From contig CM022678.1 in NCBI GenBank assembly GCA_012295275.1, forward strand, positions 17,050,001 to 17,114,000: 64,000 nt of DNA, written 5' to 3'. Below are positions 28,322 through 54,729 of the stretch, piece after piece (position 1 is the first letter of the stretch; the number at the start of each line of letters is the position of its first letter). The position numbers and the translations under genes are program-made. The DNA is from Chrysomallon squamiferum. Lineage: Eukaryota; Animalia; Mollusca. The notes beneath the pieces are model-generated. The model had not been told where the DNA came from. It did not search any database and saw only the letters and a list, made by a program, of their open reading frames with translations.

Positions 28322-30549
28322 TCAATATCAGTATCTATATATTTATATATGCGTATATCTGATTATGAAAACACAATTATCGGTCATCAGGATCTAAAAA
28401 AATACATATAGCCGTAGAATTTATTTCTCATGATTTGTGTTCCTAAATTAAATAATTTACATATAATTATATTTTTACTTGTTTTTCCTGTAATTTTTAT
28501 ATAATTTATAATTTTTAAATCGATTTTCTGAATTTTACTATTTTTATTTATATTTCAATAGCTATATAAATATCTATATATATATATTGCATGTATAAGA
28601 TATTCCAAAGTGCCTGTATTAGTAGCCCGTCATCCTGGATTTTTACTGACTTTTCAACGCTTTATTTAGTTTCTACTTGAGCAGCGATCTGAATAAAAAC
28701 TACACTAATGTAATATGTTAGGTCGTGTCTTTGTGCTTATTGCGTGAATATTATCTCGTATTGCGAACAAGACAGATTGATTTCAGTCAGAACTGTCTTG
28801 GGTAGCTGCCACCTCGTCATGGATAAAATGTTATGTTTCAAAGTTTTAAGCTGATCAGGTTATTAAACAAGCGTTCGTCCTACAAACAGATTCAATCAAA
28901 CTGTTTTCATAAACATATTTTTAGAAAGAGCAATATTTTAAATATAGTAAAACACAGTGGAAATGAAGCTTAAAGCAACTACGCTGTCAAACACTTGTAG
29001 GAACGTCTAAATACTCACCCGTCTCCAAACATTCTTCCAGGTTATGTAGGTCTATAAATATAATTTAAAGCTTACAACAATAAAATTTAGTTGGTTTAAA
29101 CAAAATTTATTTTTGTTAATTGCAATCAAGGTCGTGTTAAACGTAGTGATTCGAGATTCGTTAACTATGAACTTAATCACAATCATTTGTATAGAAAGTT
29201 AAGAAGTCAGTTATGGAGCTGAAATAAAAGTTTATAACTTTCTATTTTTTTCTATTTTTTCTTCCACCACATGATAATTGGCATTCTGTTATCCACTTAA
29301 TGTATACACTTTGCTATTTGTATCCTGCCTGAACTTAAAATAATAGATCAAATACAATTATTTACCACAATGGTAAAAATAAATGTAATAGGATTATAAT
29401 CCTCCACACCAATTAAATCTTATTAATGACGAAACATCACAAGAAATAAGCAGTCATAAGACATCATCACATATAGGACGCATCGTTTGCTGTAAACCTG
29501 CTGTTCATTAACTTTGGCACTAGAGTCGACCAGTCGGCTTTATCTGACTATTTGGGGGGCTTTGCCGTCTTCGGTAGATCGCCCTAAGCTATGTAAGGCG
29601 ATTTCTTTTTTTCTTTCTTTTCGTTTTCTTTTTTGTTTTCTTTATATATATATCTGTCTTTCATTTATTTAATAACAAATTTATAGATCTCAGAATTTTG
29701 GAAATTTTTAAAGAAGTTTTGTTGTGTTCCTCCTTAGTGTGAACCACGATTTGTTTGTCATGATTTGTGTTACTGTATTAAATAATTTAAATATAATTAG
29801 TTTTTTACTTGTTTTTCCTGTAATTTTTATATAATTTATAATTTTCATATCGTTTTTGTGATTTTTATTATTTTTATTTGTATTTCTTTTATAATAATAA
29901 TAGCAACTAAATATATATATATATATATTTTATGTATAAGATATTCCAAAGTGCCTGTATTAGTAACCCGTCATACTGGTTTGAAAAATTTATACTGACT
30001 TTTCAACGCTTCATTTAGTTTCAATTTGAGCAGCGATCTGAATAAAAACTGCACAAATGTAAAATGTTTTGTTGTGTCTTCGTGCTTACTTCATGAATGT
30101 TATCTCGTATTGCGAACCAGAGAGATTGATTTCAGTCAGAACTGTATTGGGTAGCCGCCAGCTCGTTATGGATCACCTGTTATGTTTCAAACTTTTAAGC
30201 TGATCGGGTTATTTTACAAGCATTCGTCGTACAAACAGATTCAACCAAACTGTTTTCATAAAAATACTTTTAGAAAGAGCAATTATATAAATATAGTAAA
30301 ACACAGTGAAACTGACACCGCATGAAAATTTGCATTATGTTATCCTCTTAATGTGTACACTTTGCTATTTGTATAATAATCCTTCCTAAATCCTGCTTGA
30401 ACTTCAAATAATAGTTCAAATACAATTATTTAACTCTGTCTCTCTTCCTGTCTCTGTCTTTCTTTGTGACTGTATGTGTACGTTCGTGTATATATATATA
30501 TGTGTGCTTATATGTGTATATATGTGTATATGTGTCTGAGTATGGGTCT

Positions 30550-30976
30550 GACCATGGATCGTAAGAAAGTCAGTGCAAAGGACAGTGCTGAGAAGAAATC
30601 ACAGAGAAATATGAGAGATATGTGCATGTAGTCGATTTAGCTAGGCACTACCACCATAGTACCATACTGAAAGAGAAGGAGTCGATAAAGGCTGCAAGTC
30701 GAGCCAAAGGAGTCGAAATAATTTGACTGATATCGAAGATAAATTTACTTTACAAAACTAATTTATTTCTTTACAGTCGTTTATTTTCTTTTTATGCAAT
30801 ACTTGTTATTTATAAATACATGAATTAAAAATAGTTACACAAACAAAATGGGATGGTTTTTAGGGGTTTCGAACGGATTAATGGTATTTCAATCAATTTC
30901 AGTGAGAATACACGCAGACTGAGTTACGAGCTCGATCAAGGAATGAATTAAACTCGTAAGTCAACATACAACTGTA
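30550..30976 (+). mobile_element. Second copy of the Tigger-like remnant (carried by the tandem duplication)
   Basis: Near-identical to 27095-27523. Confidence 0.75.
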
Positions 30977-31313
30977 TTTCCAGTGGCTAGGACACCTATT
31001 CTAAATATAGACAAGCGAGCGTGTAAAATACGGGTCACATGTCTAGTTTTAAAACTTAGCTATTCCCGTGACCTACCAGGAAACTGAAACTGCAGATAGA
31101 TCCGAAACGGCTATGAACGACACGACATTCTAGAATTTTAGTGGGAAAATATCAGTATTTTTTGTTTTATCTTCTTTTTTCTTCGTATTAACATGTTAAG
31201 ACAGTGTGTTACGTGTAGAAGAATAGATACTGGAAACCCGAATAACTTTCTCCCTCACGAATTTACAGGAACATTGATATAAACGATTCGTAATGACAAA
31301 AGTTGAATTTAAT

Positions 31314-43562
<12,249 letters not shown>

Positions 43563-44284
43563 AAAAGAATAAATAGAAAATTAATTTGACGTCTCAATTT
43601 TTTTATATTTTTTTACGAAGATGAACTTTTCCGTACTCCAGATGTAAGGAATTATAAAGGATGAAGTATCTTCACTGGAAAGAAACAGAAAGTAATAGAA
43701 GTGCATTGCTTGTATTGGAATATAGAAATAAAAGAACTAATCTGTTACCGAATTTCTGAATTCAGGGATATTTGAAACTTTTCTGATCGGAAAGAAAAAT
43801 GCAAGGCAATTGTTAAGTGAGAAAAATTTGTGTCCACAAGAAAGAAGACATTTCTATAATTAACATTGTTCCTCCTATAATGAGTAAAGTGATTAATGCA
43901 AACAAACATTTATGTGACACATATGTTTAGCTGAAATAAAACTTGTTTTAATAATCAGTTGTATAAAATGTGCAAAATATACTTAGATCTGAGAGAAATT
44001 TGTTTGCACCACAAAGAAGACATTTCTTTAGTTAAGATGAATGCTCCTTCAAAGGTAAAAGTGACGAATGAAAACAAACTGAAAACTAATCTTCATGTTA
44101 CTCTCAGCTGCAGTGGAATGATGGGTAATATATAGGACAGTCATTTCCATATTTGAAAAGGAGGATTTTTAAGAACATTTTATGACATTTATATTAAGTC
44201 TAAATAAAATATGTTTAATGATGAGTGAAATGTAAAAAGTTAATTTTGAATTTATATGCCAAGGCATATTCCTGACTCTGTCTC

Positions 44285-44341
<57 letters not shown>

Positions 44342-44492
44342 TTGTTTTCCTGTTTTTATTTAAAAATATTGTATTTAGGATCTGCTTTGTAAAATATTTA
44401 TCTGCTGTTGGAAAATCTTAGAATCTGATTTTAAAATCATGTATTGTCATGAAACATTTAAATAACTGGGTTTTTTCTCCGTTTTAAACTAA

Positions 44493-44539
<47 letters not shown>

Positions 44540-44885
44540 TTAGGTAGTAGTGTATTAGGGAAATTAAAAGTAATAATAATAATAACATTAACAACAGTTG
44601 TTATAATAAAAATTATAAAATGAAATAAGTCTTCTTATCATATTCTTCCTTTCTCATAGTCTGTCATATAGAGGTGTATGCAATGGTACGTTTACCTCTC
44701 TGTTCTTATCTCACTCTGTCTCTCTTCCTCTCTCTGTCTTTTTCTGTGTGTGGATGTGTGCGTTCGTGTATATATGTGTGCGTTTATATGTGTACATATG
44801 AGTATGTCTTCACATGTTTATGTGTGTGTGTGTTCATATGTTTATATGTGTTTGTGTATGGGTGTGTGCACCGATTAACAATAAC

Positions 44886-44917
<32 letters not shown>

Positions 44918-45076
44918 TTTGAGCAGTGTAGTAGGGAAATTAAAAGCAATACTAATTTTAACAATAGCTATTTTAATAAAAATTATAAAATGAAATAAGT
45001 CTACTTAGAATTGTCTTCCTTTTTCATAGGCAGCAAGGTGTCTGTCATACAGAGATGTGTGCAAAAGTAAGTTTAA

Positions 45077-45212
<136 letters not shown>

Positions 45213-46391
45213 GTCGGGTGTGCGTGCATGCACAGTCCAGTGAACTTACTTCCTTACTGAGCAGATAGAACAGAAAATTAATATAGTAGAATAACGTAAT
45301 ACCCAGACAGTGTTCTTATCAAAAGATACTAATATACAGAGAAATACATACATGTTTTACTTTGTTTTGACTTTATTTATTTAATTGAATGTATTTATTT
45401 CATTTCCATTTATTTCATGTATGTATGTATCTATACATGTACGTATGAATCCGTGTGTGTAGATTCGTAAGTACATACAAAGAGAAATATGTCCAGTGTA
45501 GTATGATCTCTGTTCTAAATAAAGGCATGTGTCATTGTAAAACATGCGAACATTTTTATTTTTATTCAATGACCTACAAGGAAACTGAAACTGAAAGAAG
45601 GACGGAAGCCACCATAAACGAACGCAAATTCCGTGAAAAATATTAGTATGATTCGTTTCTTTAGCACGTTAAGATAAAGTGAAACGGATAGAAACACTGA
45701 CAGAGGAAACTTGAATAACTTTCTCGCTCACGAATTTACAAGAACATTGATAAACCCGATTCACGCGGACGGAAGCTGAATTAAAAATGTCTCCGATGAT
45801 AATTCTGCTGTTTGTTTTATCTCAGACAGGTAAGTGTGTTTTTGAATTCTTTAAACTTGTATTTGAATCTGTGTGCTGCGTTTGTGTTTCTGGTTTGAAC
45901 GTGCGTATGCGCGTGCTAGTTTTTGTGTGTTAAATATATTACAAACACTTAAATGTTTAGGCCACATAAAACAACATAACTGTTTTGTATTGTGTTAAAA
46001 ATAACCAGACAATCTAATGAGACGACAGGAAAACACAGGAAATTAAATTGTAAACGTAGTAGTTAAGTATAGGTAAATGAAATATAATTCTATATCGCGC
46101 ACAATTTATATTATCTATGTATATATCCATATATTTATATAGCTATCTATCTATATGTATTTATCCATCTTTCTATCTAGCTATTTAACTATATACATGA
46201 AACATGTTTCAAACATACTCTGCGCCGAAATATACGTACATCTTATGATGAAAAAAACAAAACAATTATTAGCTCATCTGAGACTTTGTTATAAATATAC
46301 ATATAGCCGTAAAATGTATTTCCAGTGATTTGTGTACGTAAGTTAAATAATTTGTCTTCATTTTTTTTCTTTTTTTTCTAATAATAAAATG

Positions 46392-46429
<38 letters not shown>

Positions 46430-47423
46430 TGCATCATATATAATATTCTCCAAAGTGCCTTTATTAATAGTCCTTCATACTATATTGAACAATTTTCGTA
46501 AAGCTTGTCTCTCCCTATTTTCATTTAACAGATTCTTTTCATAAATTTATCATTAGAAAGACCAATATTTTTTATATAGTAAAACACAGTAAAACTGGAG
46601 TTGAAAGCAACTTCACGTCCAAATACTCTGAGAGATATATCAGCAGAGCGTGTTTTCTATCGAACCACGTGATATGTCGTGGCCATTGAAGCTGGTGTAC
46701 CAGCCTCAAAACATTCCCCCGCATCCAAAATTTATCACTAAATAGAATTTTAAAAGCATACAATCATAAAATGTAGTTGATTTATGCAAAATGTATGTTC
46801 CTTAATTGCAATGAATGTTGGGTTATGCATAGTGATTCAGGATTCGTTAGTTACCAGATTTTAAAATACAGATGCTTTTGAGCACTCAGGATAAAATTTA
46901 CATTTTATTATCAACATATATCGTTTCATTCCAAGGTACAACTTCAATCTCTTGTTTAACACAGAAGAAAAACTAAATGTAATAGGTCTATAATTTTCAC
47001 CCTCTCCCGCCAATTTAGTCTTAATGAACAACACTGAGTACAGTTTAAAAATGATTAGGCGAGGTCTTTATACTAGTTTTCAAGACTTGATCACGACTTA
47101 TATTCTAAATATAGACATGTGTCATTGTTAAAATAAGAAAAAAAATGTGTATTTTTAAATACGATCTATTCCCCATGTCCTACAAGGAAACTGAAGCTAT
47201 AAATATCGGCCGAAGCGAGTACAAACAACATTCTTTCTAGTATTTTGCAAAAGTTTAAGTATTTTTTTGTTATTTTTATTTTTCTTCGTCTAAAGTATTT
47301 AACATATTAAGATAGTGTGTTAGGTATAGAAGATCAAATACTGAAACTTGATTAACTTTCTCGATGACGAATTCAGAAGAACATTGAGATATCTGATTCA
47401 CGCAGACGGAATCTTAATTAAAA

Positions 47424-47466
47424 ATGTCCCGGTAGTAATTCTGTTGTTTGTTTTATACGAGGACAG
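47424..47466 (+). pseudogene. Degenerate exon-1 copy (frameshift/stop, donor lost)
   Basis: ATGTCCCGGTAGTAA...GACAG|GG. Confidence 0.6.
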
Positions 47467-47809
47467 GGAAACATGATGTTTAAAACAATTAAATTGTAAG
47501 CTGCGTAGTTCTGTGTAAATAAATGAAATATAATTCTACATCCCACACAATTTAAAATACAAAAAAATATATAATAGTTTACACATAGACTCGGTTGGGA
47601 AATATTCGTACATCTGATTATGAGAAAAGAACTATCGCCTAATCGGTATGTTTGGTATAAAAAATACATGGAGCCGTACAGTTTATTTCCCGTTCTTAGT
47701 GTTCCTAAATTAAATAATTTAGATTTCTTCTTCAGACTTTTACTTTTTATTTAATTAATTACCTTTGCGTTGTGTTTTTCTTGCCGTTCTTTTAAATATT
47801 GTATATGTG

Positions 47810-47846
<37 letters not shown>

Positions 47847-49911
47847 AACACACATATGGCTCAAAAAATACATATACTGAATGAATATATAAGATAACCC
47901 AAACAGCCTATATTAGTAGTTCGTCACACACTATTGAAAAACTTTCATGAAGTTTCTTGACTGTTTCTGAGAACAGATTCTTTTGTTAGTTATATCATTA
48001 GAAACGGCAATATTTTATATGTAGTAAAAAGAGAGTGAAATTGAAGACTAAAGCAATTATTCATCCAAACACTGTGTAGTAGTTTAAAGCTATATTACTT
48101 TTTGTAAATTACAATCAAAATCGCGTTAAGCATAACAAATCGGGATTCGCCAACTATGAACTTAATGACAATAGTTTTATGGTAAGTGAATAAGTCAGTT
48201 ATGGAGATCATTGCAGATTTTAGAACACATCTTTCCTGTGTACACCGCAGAAAAAATGCATTCTAGTCTCCACATGTGTAAACTTAGTCATTTTAACAAT
48301 AGTCCTTCCTAAATGCTGTTTGAACTTGAAGTGGTGTATCAAATGCATTTTTAATCTATTGTTAAACACAATAGTAAAAAATAAATGTAGAGTGTCTATA
48401 TTTTCCTCAACGCCCTCCAATTAAATCTTAATTAACAACAGAAAGCACAGTATAAAAAATATCTGGGAGCTGTCTTTGTTTCTGTAGCTATCCTTTTGCT
48501 CATAAGCAGAGGTCATTAACCTTGTCGTTAGGTATATCAGTACGCATTTGACTACTGTGGGCGGTTTGCCATTTTGGGTAGATCGTTTGACACCCGTAAC
48601 TTTCATGTGGTGCTGTTTGTGTTTGCATGCTTGTTGTGTGTTTTCATATGTGTATCTGTGTGTCTGTGTGCCTTTATATGTGTATATATATTTTTGTATA
48701 TATGTTTTTATAAGTGTATATATATTTGTGTCTGTGTCGTCATTCGTTGATGGGTGTGTGTGTCCACGAACGCATAATTTTTGACATTGCATCAGCAGCG
48801 AAGAGTTGTCTGAAATTACGTCGTTACTGAGTAAATATCAGAAAAAAATGATATAGTAGAAACACATGATACCGAGACATTGTGCTGAAAAGAGAAATCT
48901 TAATATACAGAGACAGATGCACTTCTCTTATTTTATTTTAATTTAATTTAATTTATTTAATTTAATTTATTTAATTTAATTTATTTAATTTTATTTTAAT
49001 TTCAATTTATTACATTTTATTTTTATTCGATTATTTAACTTCATTTCATTTGTCTTCATTTATTTATTTTATTTTATTTTATTGTGTTTTATTTTATTTA
49101 TTTTATTTTTTTTATTTGTTTTATTTTATTTTATTTAAATTTATTTTAATTAATTTATTGAATTATTCTAATTTCCCAAATATACTTTTAAAAATTATCC
49201 AGTAATAATAAATTAAATTTAATTTAAGTTTATTACAAATCCGTTTCATTTTGTTTTAATAAGGAACAAAAATTATTAAATAAAGTAACTATTTAAGAAA
49301 AAAAAAAAAAAAAAACACATAGCATTCCCAAATAAATTAAATAGCATTTGTACATTTCTATTATATACAAATATAAATGAATTGTTTCAGCAGCTCTGCA
49401 CGAGATAGACAATCTAGATTTTTGGTGTAAATATACTGAGGTAATTATTTAGATTTATTAAAACAAATTAGATTTAAGAATAATGTACTTGTCTTAGGTG
49501 GTAATGAGGTTATATGAGTATCATAAGTATAATGTCCTGTCCGCCCAACAATGCCGGATACATAGCGATAGGTAGGTGAACATTTTCAACTTGGTTAGTC
49601 GGTAGCCTTATTTACTGTTATCTGTTTCAACAGCTGGTTTAAACATTCACATTTATGTTGATTGTTTAAGCTATTAAAGGAAAAGTTAATACTTGTAACA
49701 TTTGAAACAGCATATTTTATTTCTTTTGATACATCAAAGCGATATTCTTTTCACTTGTATCACTTTTGTAAATAAATGTGAAATAAAAAAAAAAATAAAT
49801 AAATAAATTAATTAATTAATTAAATAATAGGAAAATATTAAATATTTTGTTCCTCCCTTGCTATGTGCGTGTAGGCCTATATATACTTATATACATACAT
49901 ACATACATATA

Positions 49912-50014
<103 letters not shown>

Positions 50015-50185
50015 AATCTATCTATAGTTAGGCTTTAGTATAATTCTTTACAATATCATTGTGTTCATGTGTATAATTGTGTGGGTGTATATGCATGTAT
50101 GTATGTTTGTATGGATGCTTGTATGTTTAATTTGACTTCATGATGAATACTTGATATAATGTTGCTTGAACTTGTTCAGTTTCAG

Positions 50186-50287
50186 TGAAGAGTTTCACAT
50201 GTAAAGACAACTTCTGGCTATGTTCCTCTGACAACTGCGAGCCGGAAAACGAAATGGAATGTATGAAGACTTGTAGAGTTTGCACAG
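50186..50287 (+). CDS. D: intact ShK toxin-like domain exon
   Basis: CKDNFWLCSSDNCEPENEMECMKTCRVC. Confidence 0.8.
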
Positions 50288-51965
50288 GTAAAGTTATGAG
50301 TGTTTCAGCATAGCAGAGTCAAGAGCAGCAGGATAGATGTAAAGGACAGCGCATATGTTAAAGGAAGGATAGATGCACAGGATAGTTCATATGTTAAGTA
50401 AAGATATATATATATATACACAGGATAGTTGTGGTATTATGTAAGCACAGATACACAGAATATTTTGTATGTTAAATGAGGATAGCTAACTAGGATAGAT
50501 CAATCATACACATCTCTGATAGGATAGATACCAGAGAGGAACGGATATATTAGGAGGCACATGTGCACAATACAAACATATAGGATATGTTATTCAGAAT
50601 TTCATGACAGTAGACATATTTTAGGTAAGATAGATGTCCATGATAGATACGCATGATAGATTATAGCATACAAAGGAAAGCTATGTATGAGGCAGAATAG
50701 CTTGTATAAGTAGGTATTATTTATATATTTGGAACTTCATTCTTATGTTTAAAGACATTATGGTCCAACTGAAACAAGTTGAAGTTCATCCAACATACAC
50801 TTCAAGGATTTTTAATCTTTCGAAGGTTTGTTGATATTTAATTTTTAACCCATCAGAAAGTTTTCTTTTTCTTTTTTCTTTTTTCTTCTGGTACTGTAAA
50901 TACATAGGTCTATCCATATGTACATACCTAAGTGAATGCATTCATAATACGCAACACACATACATACATACATATATATACTTGTTTATTTACTTATTAG
51001 ATAATTAATTAAAACTTATTTATTTCTTTACTTTTGTTTATTTATTTACTTATTTAATTAATAATTAATTATTTTCTTTCGTTTTTACTTTCTCTCGTCC
51101 TTCCTATATTTATTTGTTTGTTTGTATGATTCATTTATGTATTAAGAAAAGTAATCCGTAATTGACAAGAACCGTAACACAACTACACTACATGGACTGG
51201 ATGGACAAAGAAGTGCCAAACAATGTACATGCATTGCTTGATTTTATCCTGTATTTGAGGGGGCTCAAAGATAGGGGGGATGATCATCCGTTAAAAGTTC
51301 ACTGCAGGTATAGTAGTTTACTGTTCTAATTAATTTTTTTTTATTTAGTACAAATATAAAAAATTAAAAATAAAAATAAAAATGAATAAAAACAAATAAA
51401 GAAAGAAGGAAAAAAAAGGGAAAAAATAAATAGTTTTGTGAATAAATGAATAAATAAAATTATTAATGAATGACAGCATACTAAATAATAATTGACATTT
51501 TCATTCTCTTTTCAACTATGCAACTCCTGGTTAATTTTCTAATTAATACAAAAATGCAAATGATATATTAGTAGCTGTTTTGAAATCTATATTAGAATAG
51601 TCCTTTCCCACTTGCATTTCTTCTTCATTTTTCTCTTTTCTCAATTGAAATACAGTTCATTTGTAACGTTATTAAAATGTCTTTCCAGTGATGGGGTTGG
51701 AAGAACAGGTACTTTCATAGCTATAGATTACCTTCTTGACCAGGCACTGACCAAAGGAAAACTTAATGTACTTAGTTGTGTGTCACGTTTAAGAAAACAA
51801 CGAATTCAAATGGTGCAAACTTTTGTGAGTATTTTGGATTATCTAATCATTAGAAATCATTATTTATATACAATTCTCATTATGGTATTATTATCGTTGT
51901 GATTGTTGTTGCTGTTGTTGTTGTTTTTGTACTTCTTCTTTTTTCTTCTTCTTCTTCTTCTTCTT

Positions 51966-51996
<31 letters not shown>

Positions 51997-52466
51997 TTAT
52001 TATTATTATTATTTACAAAATGTATTATTTATATTTTTCGTTTCAGATGCAGTACAATTTTATTCATCAACTTCTGTTAGATTGGTTGTTATTATTCAAG
52101 ATCATTTAAGAACGGGTGATATAACAGAAGCTGACTTCAAATAAAAATGAGAAATTAAAAGTAAATTTGAAAAAAAAAAGACTTTTAATTTTCAATTTTT
52201 GTTCTTTTTATGAACCGTAATTCAGATGGCAAGAATTATAAAGGAGAAAGTATCTTCATTGGAAAGAAACAGAAATTAATAAAAGTACATTAACTGTATT
52301 GGAATCTTGAATCAAAAGAAATAATTTGTTGCTGAATTTCCAAAACGTTTCTGATGAGAAGTGAAAAAAAAAAAAAAAAAAAACCTGAGAGAAATTTGGG
52401 CAACCAGAAAGAAGACATTTCTATAATTAAGATGGCTGCTCCTGTAATCAGTAATATTTCTTACAG

Positions 52467-53977
52467 TCAAAATGTTCACTTTACTGGCCTAACACGGAAA
52501 CTAAGAGAAAGTCATATGAAGATATTATGGTCGAACTGAAAGAAGTTGAAGTTCTTCCAGCATACATTTCTAGGATTTTTAATCTTTCCAAGGTTTGCTG
52601 ATATTTAATTTGTAACGCATCACAAAGTTTGTTAGGTTCTAAAGTTCTTGGTTTTTTCTGACACTGTAAGTAAATACTTCTATACATATGTACATACATA
52701 AATAGATGTATACATAATACGCAACACACACATATATATATATACATTTATTTATTTATTTACTTTTTAAATAATCATTTATTATATGATTAATCTATCT
52801 TAATTATTTGTTTACTTTTGTTTACTTATTTCCTTATTTAGTTAATAATTAATTAATTATTTTCTTACTTTTTTCTCTCTTCCTTCCTTTGTTTATTTAT
52901 TTGTTTGTTTGTTTGTTTGTCTGTGTTATTCATTATTAAGAAAATTAATCCGGAATTGACAAGAACTGTGACACAACTACACTACATGGCCTAGATAGAC
53001 AAACAAGTTCCAAACAACGTACATGCATTGCTTGATTTTATCCTGTATGTGAGGGGGCTCAAAGATAGGGGGGATTATCATCCGTCAATAGTTCACTGCA
53101 GGTATAGTAGTTTACTGTTTCAACTGATTTTCTTTTATTTAGAATAAATGTGCAAAAAATGAATATAAAAAAAAAATGAATTTAAAAAAAAAAAAAAATA
53201 ATAAAGATAAAATAAAGAATGAAAAAAGGAAAGAAAGAAATAGTTTTCTGAATAAATGAATAAATAAAATTATTAATGAATGACAGCATAATAAATAAAA
53301 TTGACATTTTCATTTTCTATTCAACTAGACAACTCCGTATTAATTTTCTAATTAATACAAAAATGCAAATGATATATCACTTGCTATTAGGAAATCTACA
53401 TTAGAATAACCTTTTTCCCCTTAGTATTCTTCTTCATTTTTCATTTTTCTCAGTTGAAATACAGTTCATTTGTAAAATTATTAAAATTGTTTTCATTCCA
53501 GTGCTGGTGTTGGACGAACAGGTACTTTCATAGCTATAGATTATCTTCTTGACCAGGCACTGACAGAAGGAAAAGTTAATGCACTTGGTTGTGTGTCACG
53601 TTTAAGAAAACAACGAATTCAAATGGTGCAAACTTTTGTGAGTATTTTGGATTATCTACTCATTAGAAATCATTATTGATATGCACTTATCATTATGTTA
53701 TTATTATCGTTGTGATGGTTGTTGTTGTTGTTGTTGTTGTTATTATTATTATTATTATTATTACTCTTATTATTATTATTATTATTGTTATTATTATTAG
53801 TATTATTATTATTAGTATTATTATTACTATTTTCTTTATGTGTTTGATTTGGGGTTTGTTTGTTCTTATACTTTGTTTCTTTACAAAATCTATTATTTTT
53901 ATTTTTCGTTTCAGATGCAGTACAATTTTATTCATCAACTTCTGTTAAATTGGTTGTTATTATTCAAGATCATTTAA
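52467..53977 (+). pseudogene. D': tandemly duplicated last four PTP exons
   Basis: 52467-52592, 52941-53101 (Trp of the WPD-loop mutated to TAG 52992-52994), 53502-53637 (SAGVGRTG), 53915-53977. Confidence 0.8.
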
Positions 53978-54039
53978 GAACGGGTGATGCAACAGAAGCT
54001 GACTGCAAACAAGGAAGAGGAAAATAAAAAATCTGCTCC

Positions 54040-54637
54040 TGTAGTGAGTAAAGTGACCAATGGAAATATACTAAAAATGATTCTAGGTTGTCCGTTTCCA
54101 TGTTTATAAAAAGGAAAACATTTAAAACACTTTTGTGACACATATACTAAACATAAATACAATATGTTTAATGATGAGTGAAATGTAAAATGTCTATATA
54201 TTTTTATTTGTAAATATCTGTAACTGACAATACGTGACAATTACATTTTTTGAAGAACAGAGCAAAATGCATGTTTACATTCAGGCCTTTAGAAAACTGA
54301 GATAGTAAAAATTTGCTTGAGTATGTCTGTATGTCTGTGAGTGTCCGTTTAGCTGTTTTTATTTGCATGTCAATTTTATACAGAATCTGCTTTGAAAAAA
54401 AAAATGGAAATGGAAGATTTTACACTTTCAATTTATAATCATATACTGAGTAAAATTTTCAGATAACCTTTTTTTCTGTTTTAATCTAATAACAATAATT
54501 CAGGAGTGTGGTAAAGGATACTAAAACAACAATAATAATAACATTAAGAACAACTGTTATAATAAAAATATAAATCAAATAGATCTTCTTTTCATTTTCT
54601 TCGTCTTTCATATAGAGATGTATGCTAAAGTATTTGT

Positions 54638-54729
<92 letters not shown>

